Source: Marsupella aquatica
Taxonomy: Eukaryota > Plantae > Marchantiophyta
Direction: 5' to 3'
Assembly (NCBI GenBank): GCA_973895155.1
Contig: OZ316892.1
Span: forward strand, 10,862,320 to 10,926,319
Length of the DNA stretch: 64,000 nt
A program made the translations under genes and the position numbers. Under the pieces are notes generated by a model that saw only the letters and a list, made by a program, of their open reading frames with translations, ran no database searches and was not told the DNA's origin. Below are positions 13,295-27,414 of this stretch, piece after piece. Positions within the stretch are counted from its first letter, which is position 1. The number at the start of each line of letters is the position of its first letter.

Positions 13295-16200
13295 ATGGCG
13301 GCCTACTGTGGCACTACCGGCACATTGCTGCAAGGAGCAGCAGTGCCCGTGAAGGACTTCGCAAGCAGAACGAACGACTCTGCGAACCGCATTTTCACAG
13401 TGGCTCAACCCCGCTCACGTAATTTCAAGCACAAGCTCAACCCACTGGTCACTGCTTCTTGCTTGTCTCGTTTCGATCGTACGCAATTGCTGTCGCACTC
13501 GTCGTTTCTCCATCATGCCAGAAACGGTCTCGAAGCATTGTCCCCTCGTCATTTCCAAGAAGGACGAAAGGGGTCGCAGGGCAGCTTTGCCCGAGATGAA
13601 GGTGTGGACCCCCCCGCTCGTCATCCCTCCTGTCACTTCCTCCCACCCGACCCCTTTCTTCTTGTCTGCTTGGGATTATTTTTCCAGTGCTTTAGTTCCT
13701 TTAACCAATTCTGTTTCGAGCATGGTAGAGGATACGCACTCTGCTCCGCTCTCCTCCGATCGTCGGAGCCGTCCTCCCGCAAAATGGCTGGATCGGATTC
13801 GAGTCCATTATCTGTGTCATAGCGCAGCAACAAAGCTAGATATAAGATCTTTATGAGAAATTGTCTATTATACCTGGAGGTAAGGGGGAGGGACGAAGGG
13901 AGAGATGTTGGTCAACTGTTTTGTGCGCAACGCAACGGTGTGTGAATGGATCAATATGAGGAGAAATTCTTAATCCCACCCGCAGCAGATCCGCTGCAGT
14001 GTTAGACTCTTCCGAAGGGGCACCCACAGCAGATCAGAAGCGGCGGGAAAGATCAATCACGCGTGGAATAAATGAAAATAATTTGTTTTCAGGAGGAGAC
14101 GGTTCTCTCGCGGCCGGGAACTGTTCATAGTAGACCTGGGTGGATTTTGGGTGCGGAGACACTTGGATCCAATTGTGGTGGACCATCCGTTTCGCAATTC
14201 TAGATATGCGTGCCGCACAGCAAAATCTATGTCAGCAATTCTAGATTTGCCTGCCGCACAGCAAAATCTACGTCAGATCAAAGAGTCAAGCTTGAGGCTA
14301 TCGAGAAGTCTAGTGACAGTCGGTAGGAAACTTTGGATGGGAGGTGGAAGCCAGTTGTAACATACTTTCCCTGATTTAGTTGAAGAGCCGAGATAATCCA
14401 TGAGAGTGCTTGAAAATCTCACCTCCAGTAGTGTCTCAAGGATGAAAAACGGTCTCTTGTTTGCCAAAAAATCCTGACGTCCCCCGTAAATCGAAACTAC
14501 TCTTGGAAGCCCTACGAACGAATGATAAAATCTAGGTTATTACGTTAGACGATACTAGATGGTGTCGGAACTTCTTACGAAGAAGTTTCAAAAATGCATC
14601 AAATGTGGTGAGTTTCAAATTGCTTAGTTTCCGTAATCAGAGCCACCCGGGTGAAACATATCTTCGTAAAGCCGTGTAGATTACCTACTTCGTTACATAT
14701 CGCGGGTTAGGGCCCTGTCCTTGTCGTAGACCACATTGAAGAAGAGGTGCGGCATTTTGTAGAGAGAAGTCACTTTGGAGCCGCTTTGCACAGCTTACAG
14801 CTATATGTGAGTTTACAGCTATATGATGAATTACTCACATACTTATCCTTTTCTATGTCCGTTCTTTTACAGGGACCGTGAAGGCATTGGCAGCAGATGG
14901 CAATGGACGTCCTGTGGTGTCAAAACCATCAGAGATGGTCGTCTGTTTCGGGGAGATGCTGATTGATTTTGTTCCCACCGTCGGAGGGGTGTCTTTGGCG
15001 AAGGCCCCCGCTTTTAAGAAGGCACCGGGAGGTGCACCAGCGAATGTGGCTGTGGGAATTGCTCGTCTGGGGGGCGCTGCCGCCTTCATGGGAAAGGTTT
15101 GTCAACTGCACAGTGCCCATCTTCTTACAATCTACATGTCTATCTATGCTCATCTTACAACCTACCCATAGTCTATGAATTGACCCACCTTTGACGCCTC
15201 GAAGCTCAAGGAAGACTCCTCTACTTCGCCAGCCCAATGTCATCATCGGCTTGGAACTTTTTCCATCTTCCCGTTTTATCCGTTATGATCATTCTCAGTT
15301 GTTGAACCTTTCCCGTATCTTTCGGTAGGATAAGCTCGACGGTAAGTTTTTGGTTTCTCCCCCAAGTCTTCTGGTCCGGAACTCCCCGACACTAGTAAGC
15401 TCACGAATTTCATCCGTAGGATAAATTATGGATACTCAGCATTAACTTACGGTGAAAGTGCACGAGTGGCCCGTGATTCGAGGGGCTTGGTCGTAATTGC
15501 CGGTCAATGTACTTGTAGCTCGACAATGTACGGTAGGTAAGTTTGAGAGCAGTAATGTTCAGCTTGTTTAAGGCGGACCCAGCCGATTCATACTCTTTAT
15601 GTCAACTGATCGTCGATGCAGCACGACAATTCTTTATACGTGGAGCTTGTCAGTAATTACCTATTAATGTATTTGCCGTAAGATGATGTATAAGGGAGGT
15701 AATTTTCAGGACGGTGATTATAAGCATGTACTACACTGATCCAGCTTCTCCTTCAAGTCTCAGATGGTTTCTCGGTTCTTGGGATCTAAATAGTTGCGTC
15801 GTCCTGAGTTGCTCTTCTATACGGTACTTAATGGAGCGGACAGGGTGTCGTAAGGGCAGCAATCTGCTATTTTTTTGTCCAATGTAACTCGTCTTGACGG
15901 ACCTATTGCTGAATTTTTGTATGTTCTAGTTTGAACTTTGTTAACATGACAACGCTGCGTACAGGTGGGCGATGATGAGTTTGGATACATGCTGGTTGAC
16001 ATTCTCAAGGAAAACAGAGTGGAAAGTCGCGGTGTGCGTTTTGACCCTGGAGCACGGACAGCTTTGGCCTTTGTCACACTAAGAGAAGATGGGGAGCGCG
16101 AATTTATGTTCTATCGAAATCCCAGTGCAGATATGCTACTGGAAGTTAGTGAGATCGACCTTGAGCTTGTGCAGCAAGTGAGTCAAATCATTCATGTATT

Positions 16201-17718
16201 TCATCGTAACAAGGATTGATATTACTCTTTTCTTATATTGTATGATCTTCTGTCCTGACCGAAAGTGGTTGTCTCGTTCAGGCAACTATCTTTCATTACG
16301 GATCAATCAGCCTTATTGCAGAGCCCTGTCGATCTGCACACATGGCTGCCTTGGAGGCTGCAAAAAAGGCAGGTGTCTTGTTGTCATACGACCCCAATTT
16401 AAGGCTTCCCCTCTGGCCATCCGCAGATGCAGCTCGCAAGGGTATCAGAAGCATTTGGGACCAAGCTGACATTATCAAGGTACACCTCACTGAGTTACTC
16501 TGATCTCCGTCAAGATTAAAGTTGTGGGGGTGAGGTTTGCAGGGAGGGTAGGGTGCGTGGGTAATCTTGCAAAACAGTTTTGAAATCGAATGCAGGGTGC
16601 AATGATGTCCTATTACCTACGTTGAATATTCTTATTTCTTTAATTGAATGATTCTTTCCATTCTTTGTCATGAAGGTGAGCGAAGAGGAAATTACTTTCC
16701 TCACCGAAGGTGGTGACCCTTATACCGATGAGGCAGCATTGAGGCTTTGGCATCCGAACCTGAAGCTCTTGCTTGTAACTGAGGGTGCAGATGGATGCCG
16801 CTATTACTGCAAGGTAAAATACTAGAGTCCCAATCTCTTGAATGATTGAATAGAATGCTTATACCAAAGGTTATATGGGTCTTTCTATTGGCTTAATTTG
16901 AAAACTGGAGTCGAGCACTCCCTATGTGTCCAATGCATCATTCCTGGTAACAAACCAGAAAATTACGGACAGTAAACCTATAAACTAATCCAATGAACAT
17001 GGCTTGCATAAACTGATCGGGACTGTGCTTGTCAGAACTTTTTTGGCCGGGTTGAGGGGCTGAAGGTGACTCCCGTGGACACAACTGGTGCTGGGGATGC
17101 GTTTGTTGCCGGTTTGCTGTCTCAACTTGTTCGAGACATGTCTCTTTTGGAGGTATTCTCACTGTGAACAAGCAACAATCCTGGACAGTCAGATGTAATT
17201 CATCCACGCGATGGACAAGTTTTTGTCAATTTACGATGCGTTCAAGTTGAAAAGAAAATCATTCATCTAGATAATTGGCCTGTAAGAGTACAATTGCAGT
17301 CAAGTATTTGATCGGACACACTTGTGTTTGGGGGAAAGAATGTCATTCCGTTTTGCCATCTTGATTTTCTTGTGCGTGGTGAGGGTCACCGGAAAGATTT
17401 TTCATTATTCTAGTTTAGTGGCAAACCTAAAACAATTTGTGTTCATTTGACAGCAATTGGTCTACCAATATGATTCATCCTCCTGGACTATCGTCAGTTG
17501 TCTATGAACGCTGCATATGTTGAGTAATACCAAAGTTGATTCAATCTTTATTCTGTGCTAAGCCTATTGTTGGATTCTCGCAGGATGAGACAAAGCTCCG
17601 TGAAGCACTCAGATTTGCAAATGCATGTGGTGCAATCACGACTACAGAGAGAGGAGCCATCCCTGCTCTTCCCGATAGAGACACCGTTTTGAGGCTAATA
17701 AGTACAGTCACAGTTTAA
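13295..17718 (+). CDS. FRK: Fructokinase (pfkB/ribokinase family), probably plastid-targeted; 7 exons, 443 aa
   Basis: Exons 13295-13601, 14873-15096, 15965-16177, 16282-16479, 16676-16813, 17036-17152 and 17584-17718 all have GT-AG boundaries with consistent phase. Motifs: [83 protein letters not shown]. Exon 1 looks like a transit peptide and is less certain. Confidence 0.95.
14194..14275 (+). repeat. 41-bp tandem duplication in fructokinase intron 1
   Basis: GCAATTCTAGAT(A/T)TGC(G/C)TGCCGCACAGCAAAATCTA(T/C)GTCA occurs twice. Confidence 0.85.
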
Positions 17719-20689
17719 GCTACTCATTGTTAGAGAGATTATTCTGAGGCAAATAAGTAACGTCACATTTTGAGTTACTTGAAAACATAATGATGAAACA
17801 AACCAGGGGGGATTCACACGTCCAAGCCGATGTGCCTCTGTTCTTTCGTTTTGTGTCTCCTATAGGGGAGCTATGTAGAGGTCTTAGTTGGGGATCTTTC
17901 AGACTGTGGTGCGGCAGTTTTTGTAAATACTACTCATAGAATGCACTCAGGCAAGGGGTGTCTTTTGTGCTCCTTTTTTGTGCAAATCTACAGTGCTCTA
18001 TCTGCCATGATAAAGGGAACGCACTAACTATTGTGTTTCGTTTATTTAAACTGGAGATCCGGGAATCATACTCTCTAAATTGTCACCTGTATTTGGTACT
18101 TCAGTGTCAAATAAGCTTCTTCTTTTTTTCCTCCCAGGTCTCCTTTTGAATGTTGTCTACGTACTGACAAGTGGCCCTTGACAAGCAGATAGGCCAGCGA
18201 GTGTGCTGTCTACAACACCTGAGCCAAACTCATGGCAAGGATACACAAGATGGCGTCTCAGGACTAGCCAATCCATGTAACTGGGCCACGTAAACCAGTG
18301 CGCATCATAGCTTCTCAAGAAGATATTGAAGACGAGTATCAAGGGAAGAAGCCAATCCTCCCAGAGTGTATTCTAAACGAGAACAAACAAATGTTGGACG
18401 GCAAGTGATTAAACCAATTTCTGCTAGCACAGTTTGAAGCAATGCAATCATCGCCTTCTTACACCCAGTTTTGCATAGAATTTAGATAACTACTATCTGT
18501 TGATGCCAGCATCCTGTTTTATTGAGAGATTATTATTTGGAAGGAAAATTGAGGAACCTAGCGATTTGCACCTCAGAGCTGTTCCTGCATTAAACCCCTC
18601 AACCCCAAGAACAGCGCGAGCACGGTGACGGACCACACCCAATCAAATCGAAGGAATTTTGCCCAAAAGATGCAAATGAATCATTTCTTGAATGCGGATT
18701 AAGCCCTAGTTGGACTTCATTTGCGTCACATTATTATGAAAGATAATGTTTGAGACGTCCGAAACTCAGATTGCAACAAATTGAATTGAGTACTGCGCAA
18801 TCTTGCTTCTGCTTTGTGAAGACTTATACTGTGAACTTTTAGACTCTCTTCTAACGGTAGGTTCAATGTGCATAGAGATCGTAAAGTACTCCCCCATTAA
18901 GAGCATGTATGGAACGACAAAGCTTCCAGATTCTGGATTACACAGAAGTACTATAGGTCACATACACCTAATGATCGTCCAAAACAAGACGCTGTTTATT
19001 TACAGAGCAATAAATTGAAATAGAGTTTTAATTGAATAGATTGCCAATGACTTCCAGAAAAAAGCATGTATGGAGTCTTTTATAGATAGGACCAGCTTCT
19101 TTTTTACTAACAAAAAAAATGCCAACTTTTATCTGGTTGAAAGGTCTTAGTCACTTGTGGCGAACATCTGTAAGGACAATCAGCAAAACTTTTTGTCTAA
19201 ATACCCAGTTTTCCACCTAGCCAGCCACAAACCCCATTAGCCAGAAACTGATAGTTCTTTTAAAATCTGGCAGTCACAAATTAATTTAAGAATAAAGAAG
19301 AATTTTCAGTGTCTTCTCCTACAATTTGTCACCTTGTGGAAAAGAAAAAATCAATAAATTTACTATGGCATTACCTTTTTTGTTGAAAAGGCTGAAGTGT
19401 GGGGAATACCATAAACTTTGGAAAATCCTGAGAGGAATACAACAACTGCCACAAGGATAGAGAGAGGATTGAATCAGATCAAAGGTGATATAACCCCCAA
19501 GAGGCAACCCAAGACCAGCAAACCAAACTTGGCTGAAGAAATGATGTAGAGTAAAAACCAAACCCAACATACAAAACTTTCTCAGGGGCTGAAAGCAAGC
19601 GAGCAGACCAAGAACAACTACATTGCGCTGAAGGAGGGGAGCATACCTCCAATCCAAAACCCAGAGAAAAGGACCAGGGTGACAAAGCTAGATTCCACTT
19701 TGATGAAGAAAAAAAACCAGTGGATTGAGAACTGTAAAGCCCGAGAAACACTAGGACTGCAAAGCCATGATTTAAAGGGAAAAGAAAACTGTATGATCTC
19801 AAGGGAAGAAGCTCCCCAAAATAATCTATATGAGACCCCCGAGATGGGCCTGCTGCTCTCACACTTGCTGTGAGTTGTTTCTTTGTTGGTATTTTAGACC
19901 ATAATTGCACAACATGTACAATCGCTGTAGCCCGTTAGATGTTGAGTTACTTAGCTGGTTCTGAGTTTGGTTTGATGACATGGGTTGACCTGGACCAAAT
20001 TTTTAGAGACTCTAATGCCCTATTCATTTGTTTCAAATAAGATTATTTGTACAGTATATCTATAGAACACTTGCTTATTCAACTTTTGGTTCTGGACTTT
20101 TGGCAACTTTGAACGAAGTGAAGATGGTGTGAATTCCAAGTGGCGGTCACCATCCAGACCTACTCATTTCCTACCTATTTCTATTGCCAACCCTTTGGTA
20201 GGACCCTTGGTGTGGCTACCAACATGACTTAGGTACGATCTGTTGATCCAGTCTCACAAGAATCACCTTCTCATATTTATCTTCAATCTCCTTGTCATAC
20301 CATTAATAAGCAAACATGCAACTTAATTATAATACTTTATTTTACCCACAGTCATATTGGACAAAATTTGCCAACATGCTGGGTTGGATGGGTGCAACCC
20401 CATATATCATTCCCAAATATCACTCTTTACTTTAGTAGCTCATTTAGTTTACTCTATCATGTAGAGCAATCACACTTGCAACAACACACACATGTGAACA
20501 TCCACTAAACAAATACTCAATACAAGATATATGTAATTCATCTCTAAAAGGCTACCTCCACAGGAACACATATGAGAGCATTATTATACTATGGGCCCAC
20601 CTGCCACTCCACCCGCCATACCAAGTCTCCACATTGTAAGCTCTCCCTATCACTCATGCAGATGGATCCATAGCATTGAGCCAAAGTTA

Positions 20690-20817
20690 CACTTAGGAAC
20701 TAAGTCTTACTAATGAATATAGTACCAACACATCTAATCTTAGTCAAGTATTTTACTACACTTGTACTAATTGCAGTTACCTAGTAACTCTAGACCCAAG
20801 CATAAATGCCTAACATA
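20690..20817 (+). repeat. Old dispersed repeat, related copy at ~61560-61685
   Basis: Both loci share ordered blocks AGTCTT.CTA.TGAATATAGTA, CACATCTAA.CTTA..AAGTA and TAACTCTAGACC.AAG..TAAATG..TAACAT. Confidence 0.6.
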
Positions 20818-23800
20818 TAAATGCTCACTTTCTTTTCTGTCAAAGAGAGCTTGGTCCATTGGTGCATTGAAATCACAAGGTCAAATGCTGTGGTCCATCC
20901 TAACATAAAGTAAACCCCCAAGGTCCTCACTTATTTTCTTTTCATCCATCACCTACAAATAAAAGACAATTCTGGATCAAACAACAACAGTTCTGGCACA
21001 CTCAGGTTTTGTTAATCTTGCTAGATTTCTGTCAATTTTGGCAAAACCAACATTTTCTTCTTAAATTTTACATATTTTTCATTTCTTAATCAAAAATTGG
21101 CGTGTTGTGTGACTTTCAAGAATGCAATGAGAGCAATACTTTCATAATTCTAAAATTTGTTTAGTCAAGTTCCTTCTCGACCCCCCCCCCCCCCCTTTTG
21201 CCTATGCCAAATATTCAAAATCATCATATTTATCAAACACAAGATAGAAACAATATTGCACATGACATTCAAACCCAAATCAATTTGCCTATATAACATA
21301 AAAAAATAACAATTCCACACAGATTACTACAAGAATAAATTCACGGTCGCCCAATACTTACTTCATAATTTGTCATAGTTTACCTCTATGTTAATCAAAA
21401 CACTTGCAGTTACTCATACAACTAACCATAGTCAAGTGAGAAAACATTGAAAACTTACAAAAGCAAAGTAAAGTTACCCAAGAAACCTCCCACAAATATA
21501 AATTGCAATGCCCATATCACATCTAGTAGTGTGTATTGATTATCACCATCAAATAAATTCAAGTGGTAGTTCTGTAAAGCCAAAACTCCATCTTGAACCC
21601 CAAATTGCCATGCAGGTTTGACTCAGAGACACTCAAACCCCAAAATGACTCAGTCTTCCAAACTCTTGAGTCTATTCTGTTGTTTACTAAGTCCTAAACT
21701 AATTGAAAATGGCCAAGTGGTAATACCCAAAGAGTATTAAATCTGGGGTATTAATAGAGTGATATTGACAAAGTTTTGAGACCCATTTTTCTTTGTTGAG
21801 CTCCTTTTAAATTTTGTTCAGACAAGCACAACGTACTGTCATTCATTTGATATTTAAGGCGTTGAATGTCACTGCAGTTACATGACACAAAATACTAACA
21901 TGAAATTTTTCTCTAACCTTTTATGCCAAGATGCAATTGAGCATGTAGTTTGTGATACTCATATTACTGTTGGCTTTCAAATACTGCTGGTTGCTAAAAT
22001 TGGATTGCTGCAAATGAATGAATCAATGGTCAGCCTTCTTTGTTGGTCCAACATCATGGTAGAGCCAAATACACTAAATGACTATTTTTTTAATACTTGT
22101 AAATTGCAATTTGTTTTTGGCTAAATTTGAGCTTTTAGAGGGAGGCTGAGACACACAAGGTAATGCTTTAGCATTGCTCATTGCTCTTATATGCAAAGAG
22201 CAATATTGGAATCACAGTTAGGGCTTGAGTGATTCAAATTCAACTCTCTAGTGGAGTCAATGATAGAAGGTGGGGAAGTGAACTAAGGAAGGCAGAATCT
22301 TTAAAAGTATGAAAATTTAACTATTTCTTGGGAGTGGGCCCTCATATACATAGTTTTGCCACTAACCATGGTTAGATCTTGATCTAGCCCGGATTAAGAA
22401 CTACTAACGACAATGTGTCAATAATTTTTTATCAATGTTTGTCTTTCTACAAGTTTAATCTAGATTTTCATGCCTTGGAAAAAAAGGGTTTCCAAAAATG
22501 AGATCCAACATCATGTTATAAAGTAGAGAGTTTTTTATTGGGTTTAGTGAAATACTTATAATTTTTTGTGCAATTCAAAGACATTATGGGGAAAATGATG
22601 CCTGGATAGACCCCTAGGTTTGTCAAAATGCTCCCATGGATTTTGCAACTAAGTTGGACTGTATTGTACTCACAATGTGATAGGGAAGATTCTCAATTAG
22701 TCCATCCCAATTGTATGGTTTCTATCTACGGTCCATGGGAGCATCATTTTCCATTATGGGTGTTTAAATCCATTTTGTAAATTATATTAATTGTAGGGTT
22801 TCGAAAACCAAATCTAGGAATGTTCCAAAAAGTTAAAGGGTTGAAACAGAAAAAAATGCCCAAGATATAAGACCCCTTGGAGTGAAGACCCAAGATAAAC
22901 CTTACACTCCCAGGCAAGCTATTGCTGCTCAATTGTAGCAATAGTTTCCTTCCTTCAATATGTCCCTCAGTCCGTTGTCCATATGTAAGACCTTTGGCTA
23001 GGTGGCGAGCAACTTCAACCTTCTCCACAGTCCTCAAGGCGATCTATCACCGAGTCAGGTTTGAATCTAATTAAGGGATAGGATGACCATTCTGCACATG
23101 TAGCATATCCAAGCGTTGCCATTGATATTAGAAGGACCACAGATGTCACTTGATGCAATGCACACGTCCAAGGCTTCAAGAACGTTGTACTTGTTTGATA
23201 GGTAGTAGGAAAACTCTCTATCTCTATATAGAGCAGCCCAGTGCCTTTTCCAATATATGAAGCACTTAGGGAGGCTTTACAAGACTTGGGAGGCACTTGT
23301 GACTCTTTTCAATCATATTAAGTTGGAGGGCCACTTCTTATTCTAAATACAGACTCCAAACCAAGGATCCGTTGAAACGAACTTCAACAATTGCAAATCC
23401 CTTGAATGAAGCCAGGAGCCACAGTATGGAATGTTTGAACCACCTCTCAAGCACTAAAATTCTATACAAAAGTAGACACTCTACATCAGCATTTTACTTG
23501 GGTCCACTACTTGCAATCTTGCTTGCCATACAATAGGATCCATACACACTGCACTTGAATGGGCCCTCAGTCGGGTTCTTGTAAGGCCAACTGCAGCTGT
23601 TACCACTACTTGTATGGACTAGATTGAACGTCAGAGTGGATGAAAGTAATTGTGATTTACTTCATGATTGCCATTTTTCTTTAAAATCAAAAGAATTCTT
23701 TGATACTTTTTGTACTTTAATGATCAAATTGCACCTTGGCTATTTTGGTCACTGGTTAAGCAAAGTAGTTCTGGTTGGCTTGGAATGATCTGATGGTCAA

Positions 23801-26215
23801 AATGTTCCAAGGTTTGGTCATTGAATGGTTGCCATTGTCCTCACCCCAAACCATGGCACCCTGTCCACCCTTCTACCTTGGGGATGGGTCTTGTGCTTCA
23901 CCCCTGCCCCAGTACACGTGGACACATCCTTGTTGAGTCCCTCAATCCCCAAGCCCTTTGTCAACAGTGAGAGTAGATGCTGAGGTTAGGTTAAGGACAA
24001 TGTGGACCCTGTAGTGCAAAAACCTTGCAAGATATACACCGTTAGCTCACTCCAAGCTAACCAGAATTAATTTGCTTATGGTGAAATAAGATGATAGATT
24101 ATTAATCAATTAAACTAAAAAGAGTGGGAAAACATATATTTTGACATATATATTAAACTAAAAAGAGTGGCAATGTAGTAATCTTTGGGGTCAACTATAA
24201 AACATTGTATTAACAACATCCAATCCAAAATAGTTAAATTTCTAAAAAGGGTAAGAGGTAAAAGAAAGTATTCTAAACTCATATTTGTAAAATATTTTCT
24301 AATATATAGATTTTATGGAGTAAAATAGTTATTTATTTATTAAAATAATAATAATCTTAGAATATTTTCTTTATAAAACATGTGTATTTATATTAGGCTA
24401 GGATTGCATATAGTACCTCAAAATATACACTAAGTTAACCCCCCAAGTAGTATATCATTGGATAAAAAAAAATCAATGAGCCAAAACTTGTTACCAAACT
24501 ATCGGAGAATAGCTGAGAAAAGACACTCAAAGATTCTAATAATTGCTTAGGTCTTCTAGTGTATTATTTCCTATTTCTGGAGCATTTTTGGCAAGAATAG
24601 TCTCTCAAAATTTGAGCTGAAGCTCTCATTTTTTGGAGCATGATATCCCACAATGCAGTCTAATAGTACATTCGTATATACTTAAATCCACTAGACTTTG
24701 TCTTTGTATGTTTCTGAACTTTTTAAAAGAAAATGCCCATCATCACTGTAGCAGCAGTGTGAGGGCATTTAAAAATTTGTCCTCTTCTTGTCTCTACGTA
24801 AAGAAAGTTAAACCAAAACTTGCACTAATTTTGGTTTTATAATAGGGGCTCTCAAACCTCTAAATTTGATGGACCCTTACAGTAGTCAAGGTTAGGGAGA
24901 CAAAAGTAAGGGACTACCAAGAATGGAGAATGTTTTGCCATAAGGATTGGTCATGCCATGACCATAAGTCACACTAGAGGCTACCGAGAAAAATAATTTT
25001 TTACATAATTGTGAAAAAGCTAGGGCCAATGGTTAATGGCCAAAAGCCATCATCTCTAACTACAAAGTAGCCATCATTTCTAACTAAGAAGCTGCTTGGA
25101 GACGCCCTAATTGTCTTTCTGCCTTGCGCTAATATTGGCTTCAATAATTGATCGTAAGTCCCCTTGCAGTAAAACTGTAAAAGGGACCGTTGGTTGCATG
25201 CGACACCCGCGACTGATTAAATAACGGTCTCTTTCCCGTCTTTGGCCACCTGAGTGTATAATGTCATTTAGAAGCACAGCACGCTAGTGGTCTCCGGAAT
25301 TCGTGTCCGTGACATATTACTGCAACCATACTCTTACTGTAATTACGTTGTAATAAGACTTCCCTGTAAATCGTGTACTCTTTCACGGCCGCAAGAACGG
25401 TAAAGATGTAACTCGCTATCCATCCCAGCCGTTAAGCCGTGAGACCGATCGTTTTCCACTGACGGTAACTGCGTACGCGGGGATGTCAATGGGGTACGTG
25501 AGGAGTGTAAGGTGTAAGAAAGACTAGGACGACGAAGAAGAAACGAAGAAACACAAAGTGCAGCGAAAAAAGGAATCCATTTATTGAAGGCGGATCGGTG
25601 ACTACTCTCGATCGTTCGCTTCTGTATGGTTGGGGATTATGCTGTTGATTGATCCGCTACTGGGCGTTACTCATGATGGAAATTCGTTGTTCTGCCGACG
25701 AAGAGACGATGGATGAGAGCGAGACCGGACCCGTAGTAGAATGGTCGGGAAGAGAAAGGCAGGGGCAGGACAGATTTCCTACCGTTGGAAACGTTCATTT
25801 CCTGGTCGGATCTGTTAGAATGCGAGCGAGGCATTACGCTCGTTCGACAGGCAGCTATCCTTTCCGTTCCTAGCTGCTTTGGCTCTCCATGGTCTCGTTC
25901 GGTAGATTTCACCCACTACTTCTTTACAAGTTTTTGCAGTCTTCATTTTCACGGACTGACTGACCTTGACCTGACCTCATAGTTCAATCCCAGCTCCTCC
26001 TGCGCTTTCTCAGTTAAGGTTGAACTTCAGTGAGTGCAAGATAGACAGTAGTGTGCGAAGCGAAGGGATTTCGTGTACACAGGAACAAGGAGAGCTTCCA
26101 TTACAATCGCTTTTGTCGCTTGAAAGATCTGTCTCTCTATTTGCATCCCTCTGTGTTCCTCTCTCCCTCTCTCTGTGTGTGTCTCGAGGTAGGCACAAAA
26201 GGGAGGGTGAGAACG

Positions 26216-27414
26216 ATGGAGAACGCTGCGAATCTACCTTGTGACTCTGTCGCTTCAGTGAGAGTCACCTTGATGGAAGTGGATCCTGCTGCCACGAGGA
26301 AGAGTTTTTGGAAGGAGGACAATGCCGCTGTGGCCATCACCATTTTGCCGACCGCAATTGCATCGCAGGATTGCGGCACAAACGAGAACGAGATCTTGTC
26401 CCCTTCGGAAGTGATGCAGGAGAATAAAGCTCCGGTGACGAAGACTCCGATGGCGGGAGCAGGGCTTCTGAAGAAATCGCTGCCGTTCAGAGAGCGGAAC
26501 ATGGAAGAGGGGAAGAAATTGCTGCCACCGCATATCAAAGTGCCCCCAAAGAAAATGTTCGGGTATCCTGAAAGGTGTCCCTCTCACGCATTGCCCTGAT
26601 TCAACATTCAATTACGTCGTCTGTTCCTGTTTTTGATAAGATTCTTGGTTCCCTCCGTCTTCATTGCTACCACGAAAACCGACCAGGCCACACATTTAAC
26701 ATTCGCATCCATTTTGTTCACTTGGCCGAGCTGAATTCCGTGAGCTGAAAAATAATTCTCTTTGTGGGAACTGGGGACAACTGTGCACATTTGATCTCCT
26801 TTGTTGCAAATATTCTCCGCGTCCTTCCAACTTTGGTACTCAGACGCTCACAGGGACGCCTTGCTTTCCCTTTGCCCCAACTGGATGTCTGTGTTCTTCA
26901 AATTCGAGTATCCCCTGTTGGGGACTGTGGAGAACGTTCAGGGACAGTTCAATTGCATTCGTTCAGTCTCCTTCCTTCCTTTCTCTGGGTCCTTTCCGCA
27001 CTTCCGAGGGACATTCCTAAACCCGAGTTTGAGTTTGAGGTCGAGCATTCTCATTGCGGGCATTCCTAGAAAAGAGTTTGGAGTGTCGAATTCAACTATA
27101 TGCGGCAATGTCATGCTGTTGGAAACAAGCCAGGTGGGCATTCAGCGATGAAGGGAAAGAAGGAGCTCTAGTCCGTCGCAGCCGTGCATCTATTTTAGTC
27201 CTACTTCATTGAATTATTCTTCTGAGCTGACACCACACCCTCTTTCCCCTGCAGATATAGGAGCCCCACAGATGCAATGGTATCTCCAGTTTCAAGAGGA
27301 TTGCTTACGCGAAACAGGAGGCCTGCTCGGACTCTAGCCCCAATGGGTCCTCCTAAGGTAAGTCCGCTTGAGATACCGTTGGAGTCTGGCGAATTTTTAG
27401 GTAGATTTGCTTAA
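26216..27414 (+). CDS. Small conserved plant protein of unknown function (YRSPTDxxVSPVSRGLL motif); at least 2 exons
   Basis: Exon 26216-26574, a GT...CAG intron, then an exon from 27255 give in-frame FGYPER|YRSPTDAMVSPVSRGLLTRNRR, a motif recalled from uncharacterised plant proteins. The 3' end is either the TAA at 27414 or a splice at the AAG/GTAAGT donor (27357) to an unknown exon. Confidence 0.7.

Noticed and set aside
13602-13822. Unspliced 203-aa ORF 13211-13822 as a stand-alone gene
   Set aside because: Better explained as fructokinase exon 1 reading on into intron 1; the donor at 13602 is phase-compatible with acceptor 14873.
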